DNA from: Planctomycetota bacterium
GTDB lineage: Bacteria; Planctomycetota; UBA1135; GCA-002686595
DNA length: 64,000 nucleotides
Direction of reading: 5' to 3'
NCBI GenBank assembly: GCA_036010965.1
Contig: DASCMO010000144.1
Coordinates: 1,272-65,271 of the forward strand
A program made the position numbers and the translations under genes. This document shows, piece by piece, positions 44,769-54,791 of this stretch. The notes under the pieces were generated by a model. It saw nothing but the letters and a program-made list of their open reading frames with translations. It ran no database searches and had not been told where the DNA came from. The first letter of the stretch is position 1. Every line of letters starts with the position of its first letter.

Positions 44769-47090
44769 TCAGCGCTCCCCGGCGAGTACGAGTACCTGCC
44801 AAAGGCGGTGATTGGCGCGCCGGCGCAGGTCCGACCAGTCCGCGCCCGGCAGGACGGGCGGGAGGGTCGTGATGCCCACTTCATCGAAGCTGTTGCTGTA
44901 GCCCGCCAGGTCCCAGGCCACGTCCGCGCCCTCAAGGCCGACCTGGATGGCCTTTGCGTCGGGCGCCTTGCCATTGCCCGAATACTGGTTGTCGTGGATC
45001 CAGTTCCCGTCAGGGATCGGATCCACATCGTAAGCCCTGCGCTGTCTTGAGTCGTAGAGGATGTCCAGCCCCACCACGGCCACGCCGACGGTGTCGTTGT
45101 CGCGGATGATGTTGTCGGTCACCTCGACCCGGTCCGCGGCCAGAAGCATGACACCCGTTCCCGAGGGGACATTGGCCACGACAGCCTCGGGGTCGGCAAA
45201 GTTCTCGTGGTTGTTGGATTCAATGATGTTCCCGCGCACGACGCAGTCCAGGGAGACCTTTGACGGGTTGTTGGGGAGCAGGAACACCAGCACACCGCCA
45301 GCGTTGTCGTGGACGTGGTTGTCCTCTACCAGGGCGTCGACCGAGTTCTCAATCTCGATGCCCGTCACGTTTCCGTACACGTCATTGCCGCGCACGATGA
45401 TGTCCTTGGACTGGCCGACGTAGATGCCCGCGTCGCGAACTCCAGTGACCGTGCAGTCCTCGATCAAGACGCCCACGACCTCCACGGGGTAGAGACCGTA
45501 CAGGCCGGAGTCCGAGCAGTGAATGTCGCGGAAGATGAGGTCGGTACCCAGGTTGATCATCAGTCCGTTGGCGGTGTAGGCGCGGACGTCGAATCCCTGG
45601 ATCGTCAGGTGCGAGCCCGAACCCGTGACCGCATCGCTCAGGAGGTGTTTGCCGTCCAGCACCGGGCGCGCGCCATCGACCGTGACGCCCTCGATGGTCA
45701 GGTTGGAGACGTCGATGGCGAGGGATTCGTGGTAGATGCCGGGCATGACACGGATTCGCTCACCCGGCTGCGCGGCGTCCACGGCGTCCTGGATGCGTCC
45801 GCCCTCGCGCACGACGATGCCGCCCTCGTTGCGCTCGATCAGCGGTCTGGGAGGCGGGTCGCCCTGTGCCTGGAAGCGCGCGAGCTCCGCGGAGCGGTTG
45901 GCGAGGCGGGGCACGACAGGCAGTCCCGAGGGGACTCGCGTGGGCAGCTGGGGCGCTGCCGACTCGTCGGTGAGGGCGTGCAGGAAGGCGATCAGGTCAG
46001 CGCGCTCGCGCTCGGAGAGATCGAAGGGGCGAATCTTGTCGTCGATGTCGATCTCTCCGAGCTCGAAGGCGTGGCCGCCGCCTTTCGCGTAGAAATCGAG
46101 CACATCCTCGAGCGTCGCGAGCACGCCGTTGTGCATGTAGGGAGCAGTCAGGGCAACATTGCGCAGGGTGGGCACCTTGAAGGCGTGCTCGTAGCCCGCG
46201 CCCGCCACCTCCCCGCGGCCGAGATCCGCGTCCGCCAGGTCGGGGTGGGGCGGCACGCCGATCACCTTGAAGTCGGGGTTGGCAAAGGTCGGCACGTTGT
46301 GGCACTCGAAGCACCGTGTCTTGAGCGAGCGGAACGCACCCAGGCCGCGGCGCTGCGCAGTCGAGAGGGCCTCGCGTTCGCCACCCGCGTAGCGATCGTA
46401 GGCTGAATCAGCGGTCAGGACGGTGCGCTCGAAGGCGGCGATGGCGTCGGTCACGTGATCAAAGGTCACCGCCTCGGCGGGGGTGCCATCGAAGGCGCCC
46501 TGGAAGAGAGTCACGTATTCGGGGATGGCGGAGAGTTGCTCCACCAGCTCGTCAGCGTCCTGCGCCATCTCCCCGGCGTCCTGGATCGGCCCCGCTGCCT
46601 GTTCTTCCAGGTCGGCGGCGCGCCCGTCCCAGAACTGGCGGGCGTTGTAGGCGGCGTTCCAGATCGTGGGGGAGCCGCGCCGCAGGACCTTGCCGCCGTG
46701 CCGGTCGGGCCCCAGGCCGACACCGCCGCGACCCATGGAGAGGGCGCGGTTGTCGGAGAAACCCAGGTCGGGGTGGTGGCAGTGGGCGCAGGAGGTCGTG
46801 TCATCACCCGAGAGCAGCGGGTCGAAGTAGAGCAGCTTGCCCAGAGCTTCCTTCTCCGGTGTGGAGGCGTTGTCGGCCCGCATGGCCATGGGCGGGAAGT
46901 CGCGGTCGAGGTCGGCGCCCGCCGCGATGGCATCGAAGCGGGCCAGGGATGCCGATTCAATGCTCGCCACCCCGGCCCGCACGCCGCCGGGCTGAACGAG
47001 CCCCGGGATCGGGGCGTAGACGAAGAGGAGGAAGCCGACAACCGCACCACCGAGAAGCGCAGACAGGATCTTTGAAGTGCGGGAGCTCAT
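44769..47090 (-). CDS. Di-haem cytochrome c peroxidase (CCP/MauG family) fused to a NosD-like right-handed parallel beta-helix domain
   Basis: Track ORF trimmed to ATG 47090, followed by a TM/signal anchor. Haem sites CAHCH and CFECH, plus FWDGRA and PTLRN...PYMHNG. The C-terminal half has repeated beta-helix turns ([60 protein letters not shown]). Confidence 0.85.
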   Translation of the reverse strand: MSSRTSKILSALLGGAVVGFLLFVYAPIPGLVQPGGVRAGVASIESASLARFDAIAAGADLDRDFPPMAMRADNASTPEKEALGKLLYFDPLLSGDDTTSCAHCHHPDLGFSDNRALSMGRGGVGLGPDRHGGKVLRRGSPTIWNAAYNARQFWDGRAADLEEQAAGPIQDAGEMAQDADELVEQLSAIPEYVTLFQGAFDGTPAEAVTFDHVTDAIAAFERTVLTADSAYDRYAGGEREALSTAQRRGLGAFRSLKTRCFECHNVPTFANPDFKVIGVPPHPDLADADLGRGEVAGAGYEHAFKVPTLRNVALTAPYMHNGVLATLEDVLDFYAKGGGHAFELGEIDIDDKIRPFDLSERERADLIAFLHALTDESAAPQLPTRVPSGLPVVPRLANRSAELARFQAQGDPPPRPLIERNEGGIVVREGGRIQDAVDAAQPGERIRVMPGIYHESLAIDVSNLTIEGVTVDGARPVLDGKHLLSDAVTGSGSHLTIQGFDVRAYTANGLMINLGTDLIFRDIHCSDSGLYGLYPVEVVGVLIEDCTVTGVRDAGIYVGQSKDIIVRGNDVYGNVTGIEIENSVDALVEDNHVHDNAGGVLVFLLPNNPSKVSLDCVVRGNIIESNNHENFADPEAVVANVPSGTGVMLLAADRVEVTDNIIRDNDTVGVAVVGLDILYDSRQRRAYDVDPIPDGNWIHDNQYSGNGKAPDAKAIQVGLEGADVAWDLAGYSNSFDEVGITTLPPVLPGADWSDLRRRANHRLWQVLVLAGER

Positions 47091-47197
47091 GTGCGCCAGC
47101 CTACACGTACGCCCACCGACCGCACTCCGTTCCAGGCCTTCTCTCCTTCTTCGCCTCCGGTCTGCGGAGCGATGAGTCGGCGCGACGGCTCCGGCGC

Positions 47198-48343
47198 TCA
47201 GGGCGAGAAGACGATCTCGACTCCGTGGGAGAGGTTGAACTGGGAGCCGCAGGGGCTCAGGGCCGGGTCGCGGTACCAGGCCTGGAATCGGCGGACGTCC
47301 CCTGCGCCCACCCCGAGCTGCGTGGTGATGTTCTGGCTCCACTCGGCGCCGCCGATGGCGTCGGCGTTACGCACGCCGAGGCGGACCACGGAGCTTCCCG
47401 CACAGCGGATGCCGTCACCGAAGATCACGCCGTTGCCGCCGTTGACTGCCTGGAGCCCGGCGAAGAGCAAGGCGGGCTGGGTGGGCGTCATGTTGAAGGC
47501 CGTCAAGGTCAACTGGTCCACCGCCACGCTCGTGCTGCCGGAGCCCTCCAGGACTGCGCCGCTCCCCGTGGAGTTAGCACATCCCTCGCCAGTCCCGCCG
47601 GGATTCCCGCAAGGGCAGGTGCTGCCCGTCCCGTCCCCGAAGCAAAAAGCCAGGCCTACGATGTCCAGGCTCGCGCCTGGGTGTGTGTAGAGGTAGGTCA
47701 CCTGCTCGGCCGTCAGGGAGCCGGAATAGACCTGCACGTCGTCGACGGCGCCGGGGAACATGTGGGTCGCCCCTTCGTGGGAGGCGATGAACCACTCGGG
47801 CCAGGGAGGGCCAGGGGCGCCGGGTCCGGTGACCACGGCCTGCTGGTTGCCGTCCACCCAGAAGGTGACCGTGAAGGCCGCGTCGAAGACCCACACCACG
47901 TGCATCCACGTGTCCTGCTGGATGATCCCGCCGCTGAAGTAGTCCATGACGCCGTTGGTGGTGAAGGTCAACTGGTTCTGCCAGATGCCCGCGCCCCAGG
48001 AACCGCCGTTGCCGAAGACGCGCCGCCAACCGGCGTTGGTGTCGGTGACCCGGATCCAGGCGCTGACGGAGAGGTCCGTCGAGAGCGCGTCGAGACCTGC
48101 CGTGCCGGGGATCGCAACGTGTCCGTTGATTCCGTCGAAGAGCACGGCCGTACTGGTCCCCGTGGCCGCAGGGGCCTGGCCCAGGGTGTAACCGCCCGTG
48201 AAGGTCCCGTCGTTTCCGGTGCCGCTCGAGTCGACGCAGACCGTTCCCGCTAGCTCGTCCAGCCGGAAATGAGCCATCAAGTTCTGGGCGCTCGCGGGTG
48301 AAGCAGCCAGGGCGAGGAGGGCGGGGACGATTAGAGTGCGCAT
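47198..48343 (-). CDS. Secreted LamG/concanavalin-A-like lectin-fold protein with a Cys-rich C-terminal domain
   Basis: Signal peptide MRTLIVPALLALAASPASA. LamG_3-like segment (DGINGHVAIP...LSVSAWIR...VDDVQVYSGSLT). Then CFGDGTGSTCPCGN...GCANS...FGDGIRCAG...FQAWYRDP...FNLSHGVEIVFSP. Confidence 0.75.
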   Translation of the reverse strand: MRTLIVPALLALAASPASAQNLMAHFRLDELAGTVCVDSSGTGNDGTFTGGYTLGQAPAATGTSTAVLFDGINGHVAIPGTAGLDALSTDLSVSAWIRVTDTNAGWRRVFGNGGSWGAGIWQNQLTFTTNGVMDYFSGGIIQQDTWMHVVWVFDAAFTVTFWVDGNQQAVVTGPGAPGPPWPEWFIASHEGATHMFPGAVDDVQVYSGSLTAEQVTYLYTHPGASLDIVGLAFCFGDGTGSTCPCGNPGGTGEGCANSTGSGAVLEGSGSTSVAVDQLTLTAFNMTPTQPALLFAGLQAVNGGNGVIFGDGIRCAGSSVVRLGVRNADAIGGAEWSQNITTQLGVGAGDVRRFQAWYRDPALSPCGSQFNLSHGVEIVFSP

Positions 48344-48477
48344 GATGATGAAGGGTGCGTGTGATCAGCCAGGAGACCGGGGCACGAAGGCAAGCCAGCG
48401 GAGTTTTGCAACGCCGTCGCCCAGAAGCGATCCTATCCGGCCCCGTCCGATCCTGTGGGCGACGCCTGGATTTCGCG

Positions 48478-49362
48478 ATGACACACTTCATGGATGCTCT
48501 GAAAGGGACCTTCTATCGCCTCGCGGCAGGGGGTCTGCTGCCGGCGAGCTGGTTCCGCGATCGGGATCCGGCCTTGGTGGACAGGGCGCGTAAGGAAGGC
48601 AAGCTCGCCCTCGAGATCGTCAGCCACTGCTGGAACTACGGCCACCTGCTCTCCTACCAGCTCAGCTCCCTCGTCCTTCATCGCACCGACGGCTTCGATA
48701 TCACGATGACCGTCTTTCACGCGGACGAGGACGAGGGCGTGATCGAGGTGCTCGAGTTCTTCGGGGCGCTGGATATCCCGGGCGTGCACTGGAACTGGCA
48801 GGCCCTGCCCCGCGAGCGGCTGCTGCGCCGCAGCATCGGCCGCAACATCGCGGCCAAGGAGACGCGAGCGGACTGGGTCTGGTTCACCGACTGCGACATC
48901 GTCTTCCATGAGGGGTGCCTCGAGACCCTGGCCGATCAGTTGCAAGGCCGAGACGATCCGCTCGTGTTCCCTGAGCGTGAACGCACCACGTTGCTCCTCG
49001 AGGAGAGCGACGACGTGCTCACCCAGGCACGTCAGACACCCCAGGTCCGTGAGATCTCGCTGGAGGAGTTCACGCCCCTCGACGGTGTGCGCGACAGGGC
49101 CAAGGGCGCCTATCAGATCACCCACGGTGACGTCGCGCGCGCGATCGGATACTGCGAGACGATCGGGCTCTATCAGCGCCCCGCCGATCGCTGGCGCAAG
49201 ACCTACGAGGACCGCGCCTTTCGCTGGCTGATTGGCACCCAGGGCACGGGCCTGGACATTCCCGGCGTGTGTCAGATCCGACACATGGTCAAGGGGCGCT
49301 ACCAGAAGAACTCGATCCTCTCGCAACTCCGCGGAAACATCCGGAAGGCGCAGAAGCCGTGA
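48478..49362 (+). CDS. Glycosyltransferase-like protein (GT-A fold suspected)
   Basis: Track ORF trimmed to ATG 48478. LEIVSHCWNYGHLLSYQLSSL followed by a DxD-like WFTDCDIVF. Assignment is by pattern only. Confidence 0.45.
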   Translation: MTHFMDALKGTFYRLAAGGLLPASWFRDRDPALVDRARKEGKLALEIVSHCWNYGHLLSYQLSSLVLHRTDGFDITMTVFHADEDEGVIEVLEFFGALDIPGVHWNWQALPRERLLRRSIGRNIAAKETRADWVWFTDCDIVFHEGCLETLADQLQGRDDPLVFPERERTTLLLEESDDVLTQARQTPQVREISLEEFTPLDGVRDRAKGAYQITHGDVARAIGYCETIGLYQRPADRWRKTYEDRAFRWLIGTQGTGLDIPGVCQIRHMVKGRYQKNSILSQLRGNIRKAQKP

Positions 49363-50912
49363 GCCCCTTTTTCGCTCAATGCCTGTGTACCCTGCTCTTC
49401 GCCGCGCCGCAGTCGACCCAGGACGCTGCGCCTGAAGACGAAGAGACAACTCCCGCGGCGCAGGACGAGGCGCAGGAGGAGGAAGAGGAGGAGATTCGCG
49501 GCCTGCTTCTGAACGCGGAGGGTGCCTTCCCCGGCTACACGCTCTTCTCGCCGCTGCTCTCCAAGACGGCCTACCTGGTGGACATGGAGGGGAACACCGT
49601 CCATGCCTGGGCGACGCCACACTCGCCGACCGGTGCGCTCTACCTGCTCGACAACGGCAACCTGCTGCGCTGCACGCGGGTGGAAGACAACCCAGTCTTC
49701 GACGGCGGGGGCATCGGCGGCCGCATCCAGGAGCTGACCTGGGAGGGCGAGGTCGTCTGGGACTTCGAGTTGGCGACCGAGCTTCAGACGCAGCACCACG
49801 ACATCGATCCGCTCGCGAACGGGAACCTGCTGCTGATCACCTGGGAGTACCGCTCGGCAGAGCAGGCGATCGCGCGCGGGCGCGACCCCGAGCAGGTGGG
49901 AGAGCTGGGCCTGTGGCCGGACGCCGTGCTCGAGCTGCGCCCGATCCGCCCCGACGACGCCGAGGTCGTCTGGGAATGGCACTCGTGGGATCACACGATC
50001 CAGGATCAGGACCCCACCAAGGGCGGCTACGGCTCCGTCCCCGATCACTCTGGCCGCATCGATCTCAACGGCGACCACCGCGACCAGCCGCCCATGACCC
50101 CTGCGGAACGGGAGCGCCTGGAGGAGCAGGAGCGGCAGATGCGGGCCCTGGGCTACACCGGTGAGGACGAGGATGAAGAGGCTGATGACGAGGACAGCCC
50201 CGACGGCGATGACGAGGAAGAGGACGACGAACCTCGGGGCGACTGGCTGCACACCAACGCCGTCGATCACCACCCCGGATTGGACCTGATCGCCCTCAGC
50301 TCGCCCCACATGAACGAGATCTGGGTCATCGACCACTCGACCACCAGCGCCGAGGCCGCCGGCTCCAGCGGCGGTCGCTGGGGTAGGGGCGGGGACCTGC
50401 TCTATCGCTGGGGCAACCCGCGAAACTACGGGATGGGCACCGACGCCGACCGACGCCTGTTCTACCAGCACAACCCCGAATGGATCCTCGACGGCCCGCC
50501 CGGCGAGCTGCGCCTGTTGATCTTCAACAACGGTGGCGGGCGTCCCGATGGTGACTACTCGTCGGTCATCGAGCTCTCGCTACCCTTCGATTCCGAGCGG
50601 GGCTTCGTGCGACCCGCCGGCGAGGCCTTCGGTCCCGCTGAACCCGTCTGGTCCTACTCCGACAAGGAGCGGTTCTTCTCGAGCTTCATCTCCGGTGCGG
50701 GCCGCCTTCCCAACGGCAACACCCTGGCCTGTCAGGGCGCAGCGGGGCGCGTGATCGAGGTCACGGCCGCTGGTGAGATCGTCTGGGAATACAAGAACCC
50801 CTACGGCGAGCGAGACCCCGACTCGGAGGGGCGCGGCGCCCCTCCCAAGGCCCTGTTCCGGGCCACGCGCCTGCCCGCCGACCACCCGGGTCTCGCGGGG
50901 CGCGAGCTCTAG
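49359..50912 (+). CDS. Arylsulfotransferase (ASST)-like beta-propeller protein with an acidic insert
   Basis: GTG 49359 overlaps the upstream stop as GTGA. Signal-like VSPFFAQCLCTLLFAAPQS. GYTLFSP, DMEGNTVHAW, TQHHDIDPLANGNLL, WHSWDH, DWLHTNAV and RLPNGNTL fit the ASST family. Confidence 0.7.
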   Translation: MSPFFAQCLCTLLFAAPQSTQDAAPEDEETTPAAQDEAQEEEEEEIRGLLLNAEGAFPGYTLFSPLLSKTAYLVDMEGNTVHAWATPHSPTGALYLLDNGNLLRCTRVEDNPVFDGGGIGGRIQELTWEGEVVWDFELATELQTQHHDIDPLANGNLLLITWEYRSAEQAIARGRDPEQVGELGLWPDAVLELRPIRPDDAEVVWEWHSWDHTIQDQDPTKGGYGSVPDHSGRIDLNGDHRDQPPMTPAERERLEEQERQMRALGYTGEDEDEEADDEDSPDGDDEEEDDEPRGDWLHTNAVDHHPGLDLIALSSPHMNEIWVIDHSTTSAEAAGSSGGRWGRGGDLLYRWGNPRNYGMGTDADRRLFYQHNPEWILDGPPGELRLLIFNNGGGRPDGDYSSVIELSLPFDSERGFVRPAGEAFGPAEPVWSYSDKERFFSSFISGAGRLPNGNTLACQGAAGRVIEVTAAGEIVWEYKNPYGERDPDSEGRGAPPKALFRATRLPADHPGLAGREL

Positions 50913-53900
50913 TTGACGATCGGCCGCAGGACGATGTCGCGGAACTCGATGTAGGCGCCCTCGGACTGCAGGCAGATCTTGCCGGGCACCTCCTCACACC
51001 AGCGAGCGACGTTCTGGACGAGGTCGTTGACCTCCAGGGTCCACAGGCCTCGGTCGGCGCGGATGCGGTAGCGGTTCCACTCGCCGAGGGGCCGCTCGTT
51101 CGAGCCCAGCCGTCGTCGGGTGTGGCGGCCGCCGGTCCGCTCGCCGGCGGTGGCCATGGGGACCTGGTCGATGTTCCAGATGTCTCCGGCGCTGCCGGAC
51201 TGAAGCTGTGCCTCCATGCTCTTGGGCCAGACCTTGTCGGGCCCCACCATGCGGCACAGGACCCCCGAGTTGCCCGCGCCGCGCGCGGGGTCGAAGCGCC
51301 ACTCCAGGGTCAGCTCGAAGTTCAGGTAGTCCTCGGTCGTGCGCACATAGCCCGCGGGTCGGCCCTCGCAGCGCAGCACCCCGTCGACGATGGACCAGAC
51401 CTCGTCACGGCTCGCCTTGCCGCTCAGGTGGTGCGTCCAGCCCGTAAGGTCGACGCCGTTGAAGAGCCGCAGCGGGTCTCCGAACCGAGGCTCGCGCTCG
51501 GCGTCGCGTTCGAGGAAGGCCACCAGGTCGGCCAGATCGGCGGGGGTCATGCCCAGCGCCAGACCCTCGGGCATGACCGAGACCTCCTGCTTCTTGCGCG
51601 CGTCGACTTCCTCGGTGGGGATCACGTGCCGCTCGCCGCGGGTGTCCTTGAGGATCATGTCCCGGCCGTCGGCGAGCAGGAAGCCCGAGTAGAGCAGGCC
51701 GTCGATGGTGCGCACCACGTAGGTGTCGTAGCCGTGGGCGATGGCGACCGAGGGGTTGAGGATCGCGTCGAAGAGCTCGGCGCGGCCGAACTTCTCGCGC
51801 ACGACGGTCAGGTCGGGGCCGATGTCGCTGCCGAACCCACTGTGTGTATGGCACGACGAGCAGCGCGCGCGGTCGGAGCGGAAGACCTCGCGGCCCCGCT
51901 CCGGCGACCCCTTGAACTCGAGCAGTTCCGAGAGGGGCGGCAGGTCCTCCAGCCCGGGTCGCGGGAAGCGGGCGCTGGCCAGGGCGCGCACCCCCAGGTC
52001 AGGGTTGGTGTAGATGGCCTCGGTGGCGGCGGCCACCAGGCGCTGATCGAGGGCGTCCTCCTCGGCCAGAGAGATCAGCAGCAGTCCGCCTTCGGGGTCG
52101 GCGGCCAGCTCGCGGGCGGCGGACTCGCGCTCGCCCCAGGTGACCGACGGGTCGGTGAGGGCGACGCGCCGCGGGTCGATGCCCGGCCCGGCATCGGCAG
52201 CCTCGATCCAGACCTCGAAGACCACGGTGCTGCCGCAGCCCTGACTCGTGCCGCCGTGGTCGAGTCCGACGGTGACCTGAAAGCGGGCCGCGCCCGCGGG
52301 AGCGGTGAGCAGCACGCGGGAAGTGGCGTGGGTCCCGATGCCGCGCTCGAACTCCTTGTCGCCGATGCGCAAGGTTCCCCCGCCGCCGCTTTTGTCGAGG
52401 CGCGTCCTGCCCCATCCCTGCTCGGCCGAGTCCCAGACACGCACGGGGGCCGTCTGGCCGTCGGCCAGGACGAAGCGCGGGTCGAGCCAGTCGGCCCAGT
52501 CGCAGCCCGTGCCGTCGCCGCCGTCATCGACCACCAGCCACACGCGCTCGGCGCCGCGCGCGTCCAGGTCGATCTCGACCAGGCCCGTGCTCGCGTTCAC
52601 CGGCCCGCTGGCCCAGGCGCGCTGCGCGTCCCCGAGTTTTGCGTCGGGCCCCGACCCCGCCGGGACGTGGTCGCGCCAGAGATTGTCGGCGCGCTGGCTG
52701 AACCACCAGCGCGCGGCGTCGCGCAGGTCGGCGGGCCCGGCGTGCCAGAGGACGAACATGGCGTCGGCGGCCTCACGGGCCTCGCAGAAGGCGAGGCCGT
52801 CCACCATCTGCCGCCGCGATAGGGTGTCCAGGGTCGCGTCCATGGCGCGCGCGAGCAGCGGCTCGACTGCCTCGACGGGGTGCAGGCGCCAGAGCAGGTC
52901 GCGGTAGGCGGCCTCGTCGATGCGCCCCGCGTCGAGTTCCTCGGCCAGCAGGGTGACCAGGGCGCCCTCGTTGCTCCGCGCGCCGATCCCGATGGACTCG
53001 ACCGAGACCCGGTCGCCGGCCTCGTGAGCGCGGCAGAGGATCAGCAGAGCTTCGGCGCGGTCGGCCCACGGGACGTCCACCAGGCAACGCGCCAGGGTGG
53101 CTCGCACCAGAGGGGAGGGGTCCGACGCGATGCTCTGCAGCGCCATGGACGAGGTCGTGGGGTTGTATAGCCAGGCGGTGCGCAGGGCGACCAGGCGCCT
53201 CTCGGCGGTCCACTCCACGGCAGTGGGGAGGCTGTCGTCCGGGTTGGTCGGGGTGCGCTGGATGGCGAGCTGGATAGCGCGCGCCACGACCCGCGGGTCG
53301 GGGTCACGCAGGAGCGTCGCCAGGACGTCCAGGCCCTCCTCGCCCATGGCGAGGATCCGCTCGCGCTCGGCGGCGCGCACGCTCGTGCAGGGGGAGCGCA
53401 GCCCCGGCCGCGGTTCGCCAGCTCCGCCGCTGGGGGCGATGCGTAGGATCCGACCGTAAGATTCCCGGTCTCTGGCGGCGTGTCCGCCCACGCCCGGGTC
53501 GTACCAGTCGGCCACCAGCACTGCGCCGTCGGGGGCCACGGCCACGTCGCTGGGTCGGAACCACGAGCCCTTGCCGTCGCCGCTCTCGCGGCCGCTGTCC
53601 TTGCTGCGTCCCAGGAGTACGGACTTGTCCAGGCGGTACCCCGAGCCCTCGGGGACCGGGTGGTGCGCGTAGACCACTCCCGCTCCCGCGTCGCAGTTCA
53701 GGACGGCGCCCTCGAGATCGGCCAGGGGCCCGCTCTCGTAGACGCAGACCCCCGTCGGGCCTCCGGCGCCGTTGATGGTCCAGGTCGGCACCACCCCCGG
53801 ATCGTCGGCGTGCCAGTGGGCGGTCTGCGTATCTTGTTCAGGCCGCTGGTCGGCGCGCCAGCTGCGCGATCCGTCTGCGGAGAAGTAGCCGTGGTCGGCA

Positions 53901-54739
53901 CCCTCGGCGATCCAGACCGTGCGGCAACCCCGGTTTCCGTCGTCGTCGTTGTCCTCGGTGTAGAGGTTCCCGTAGGCGTCGCGGGCGATCTCGTACTGAT
54001 TCCGGAAGTTGTCGGCGATCACCGCCAGCCCCGTCCCGTCGGGCCGCACGCGCAGCATGATGCCGCCCACCCAGACCTGGCCGTCGTCGCTCACCAGGCC
54101 GGGGTAGTTGCGCGAGTTGTAGGGCGATCCGCCCGTGTAGATGCTCCCCGAGCGCACGGTGAAGCCGTCGGCGCCGGTGACGATGTGGGGCCCCGCGTTG
54201 CCGGCCGCGATGTACAGCCACCCGTCGTCCCCGGCCACCACCGAGTGGACGCCGTGGTCGTGATCGAATCCTCCGAAGCCGGTCAGGAAGGTCTCGCGCC
54301 GTTCCGGCACGTCGTCGCCGTCCTCGTCGACGTAGACGAAGATGTTCGGTGAGCACGAGACGAAGACCCGCGACCCCAGGACGCAGATGCCCAGAGGTGC
54401 GGTCAGGTCCGCGTCCTGTACGAAGACCTTCGAGGAGTCCGCCGCCCCGTCGCCGTCGGTGTCTTCGAGGATCACGATGCGATCCCCAGATGAGTGGTCC
54501 CGCCCCGGGTTGCGCCCGCCCCAGCGCCGGTAATTGACCGCCTCCGCCACCCACACGCGCCCGTGGGGATCCACGTCGATGGCGGTCGGATTGAACAGCT
54601 GCGGCGACTCGGCCCACAGGGTCACCGAGGCCCCCTCGGGCGCCTCGAAGCGCCCGCTCAACTCCATCGGCGAGTCCTGAGCGTGGAGGGGGAACGCGAC
54701 CAGTGCCAGCGAGAGCCCGGTGCAGGAGAAGATCGTCAT
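50909..54739 (-). CDS. Giant PVC-type haem-binding dehydrogenase-like protein (beta-propeller - HEAT - NPCBM-like - cytochrome c CxxCH - DUF1080)
   Basis: 1276 aa with a signal peptide. N-terminal propeller (NPTAIDVDPHGRVWVAE, DGDGAAD). HEAT-like helices. NPCBM-like GTGCDWADWLDPRF...ERGIGTHA. Haem site CSSCH. C-terminal DUF1080 (FNGVDLTGW...LEWRF...NSGV...LQSEGAYIEFRDI). Confidence 0.85.
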   Translation of the reverse strand: MTIFSCTGLSLALVAFPLHAQDSPMELSGRFEAPEGASVTLWAESPQLFNPTAIDVDPHGRVWVAEAVNYRRWGGRNPGRDHSSGDRIVILEDTDGDGAADSSKVFVQDADLTAPLGICVLGSRVFVSCSPNIFVYVDEDGDDVPERRETFLTGFGGFDHDHGVHSVVAGDDGWLYIAAGNAGPHIVTGADGFTVRSGSIYTGGSPYNSRNYPGLVSDDGQVWVGGIMLRVRPDGTGLAVIADNFRNQYEIARDAYGNLYTEDNDDDGNRGCRTVWIAEGADHGYFSADGSRSWRADQRPEQDTQTAHWHADDPGVVPTWTINGAGGPTGVCVYESGPLADLEGAVLNCDAGAGVVYAHHPVPEGSGYRLDKSVLLGRSKDSGRESGDGKGSWFRPSDVAVAPDGAVLVADWYDPGVGGHAARDRESYGRILRIAPSGGAGEPRPGLRSPCTSVRAAERERILAMGEEGLDVLATLLRDPDPRVVARAIQLAIQRTPTNPDDSLPTAVEWTAERRLVALRTAWLYNPTTSSMALQSIASDPSPLVRATLARCLVDVPWADRAEALLILCRAHEAGDRVSVESIGIGARSNEGALVTLLAEELDAGRIDEAAYRDLLWRLHPVEAVEPLLARAMDATLDTLSRRQMVDGLAFCEAREAADAMFVLWHAGPADLRDAARWWFSQRADNLWRDHVPAGSGPDAKLGDAQRAWASGPVNASTGLVEIDLDARGAERVWLVVDDGGDGTGCDWADWLDPRFVLADGQTAPVRVWDSAEQGWGRTRLDKSGGGGTLRIGDKEFERGIGTHATSRVLLTAPAGAARFQVTVGLDHGGTSQGCGSTVVFEVWIEAADAGPGIDPRRVALTDPSVTWGERESAARELAADPEGGLLLISLAEEDALDQRLVAAATEAIYTNPDLGVRALASARFPRPGLEDLPPLSELLEFKGSPERGREVFRSDRARCSSCHTHSGFGSDIGPDLTVVREKFGRAELFDAILNPSVAIAHGYDTYVVRTIDGLLYSGFLLADGRDMILKDTRGERHVIPTEEVDARKKQEVSVMPEGLALGMTPADLADLVAFLERDAEREPRFGDPLRLFNGVDLTGWTHHLSGKASRDEVWSIVDGVLRCEGRPAGYVRTTEDYLNFELTLEWRFDPARGAGNSGVLCRMVGPDKVWPKSMEAQLQSGSAGDIWNIDQVPMATAGERTGGRHTRRRLGSNERPLGEWNRYRIRADRGLWTLEVNDLVQNVARWCEEVPGKICLQSEGAYIEFRDIVLRPIVN

Positions 54740-54791
54740 GAGGACATTCTAGCGCCCTCTGCCGAGGGACGTCCCCCGGCCCCCGACTGGA

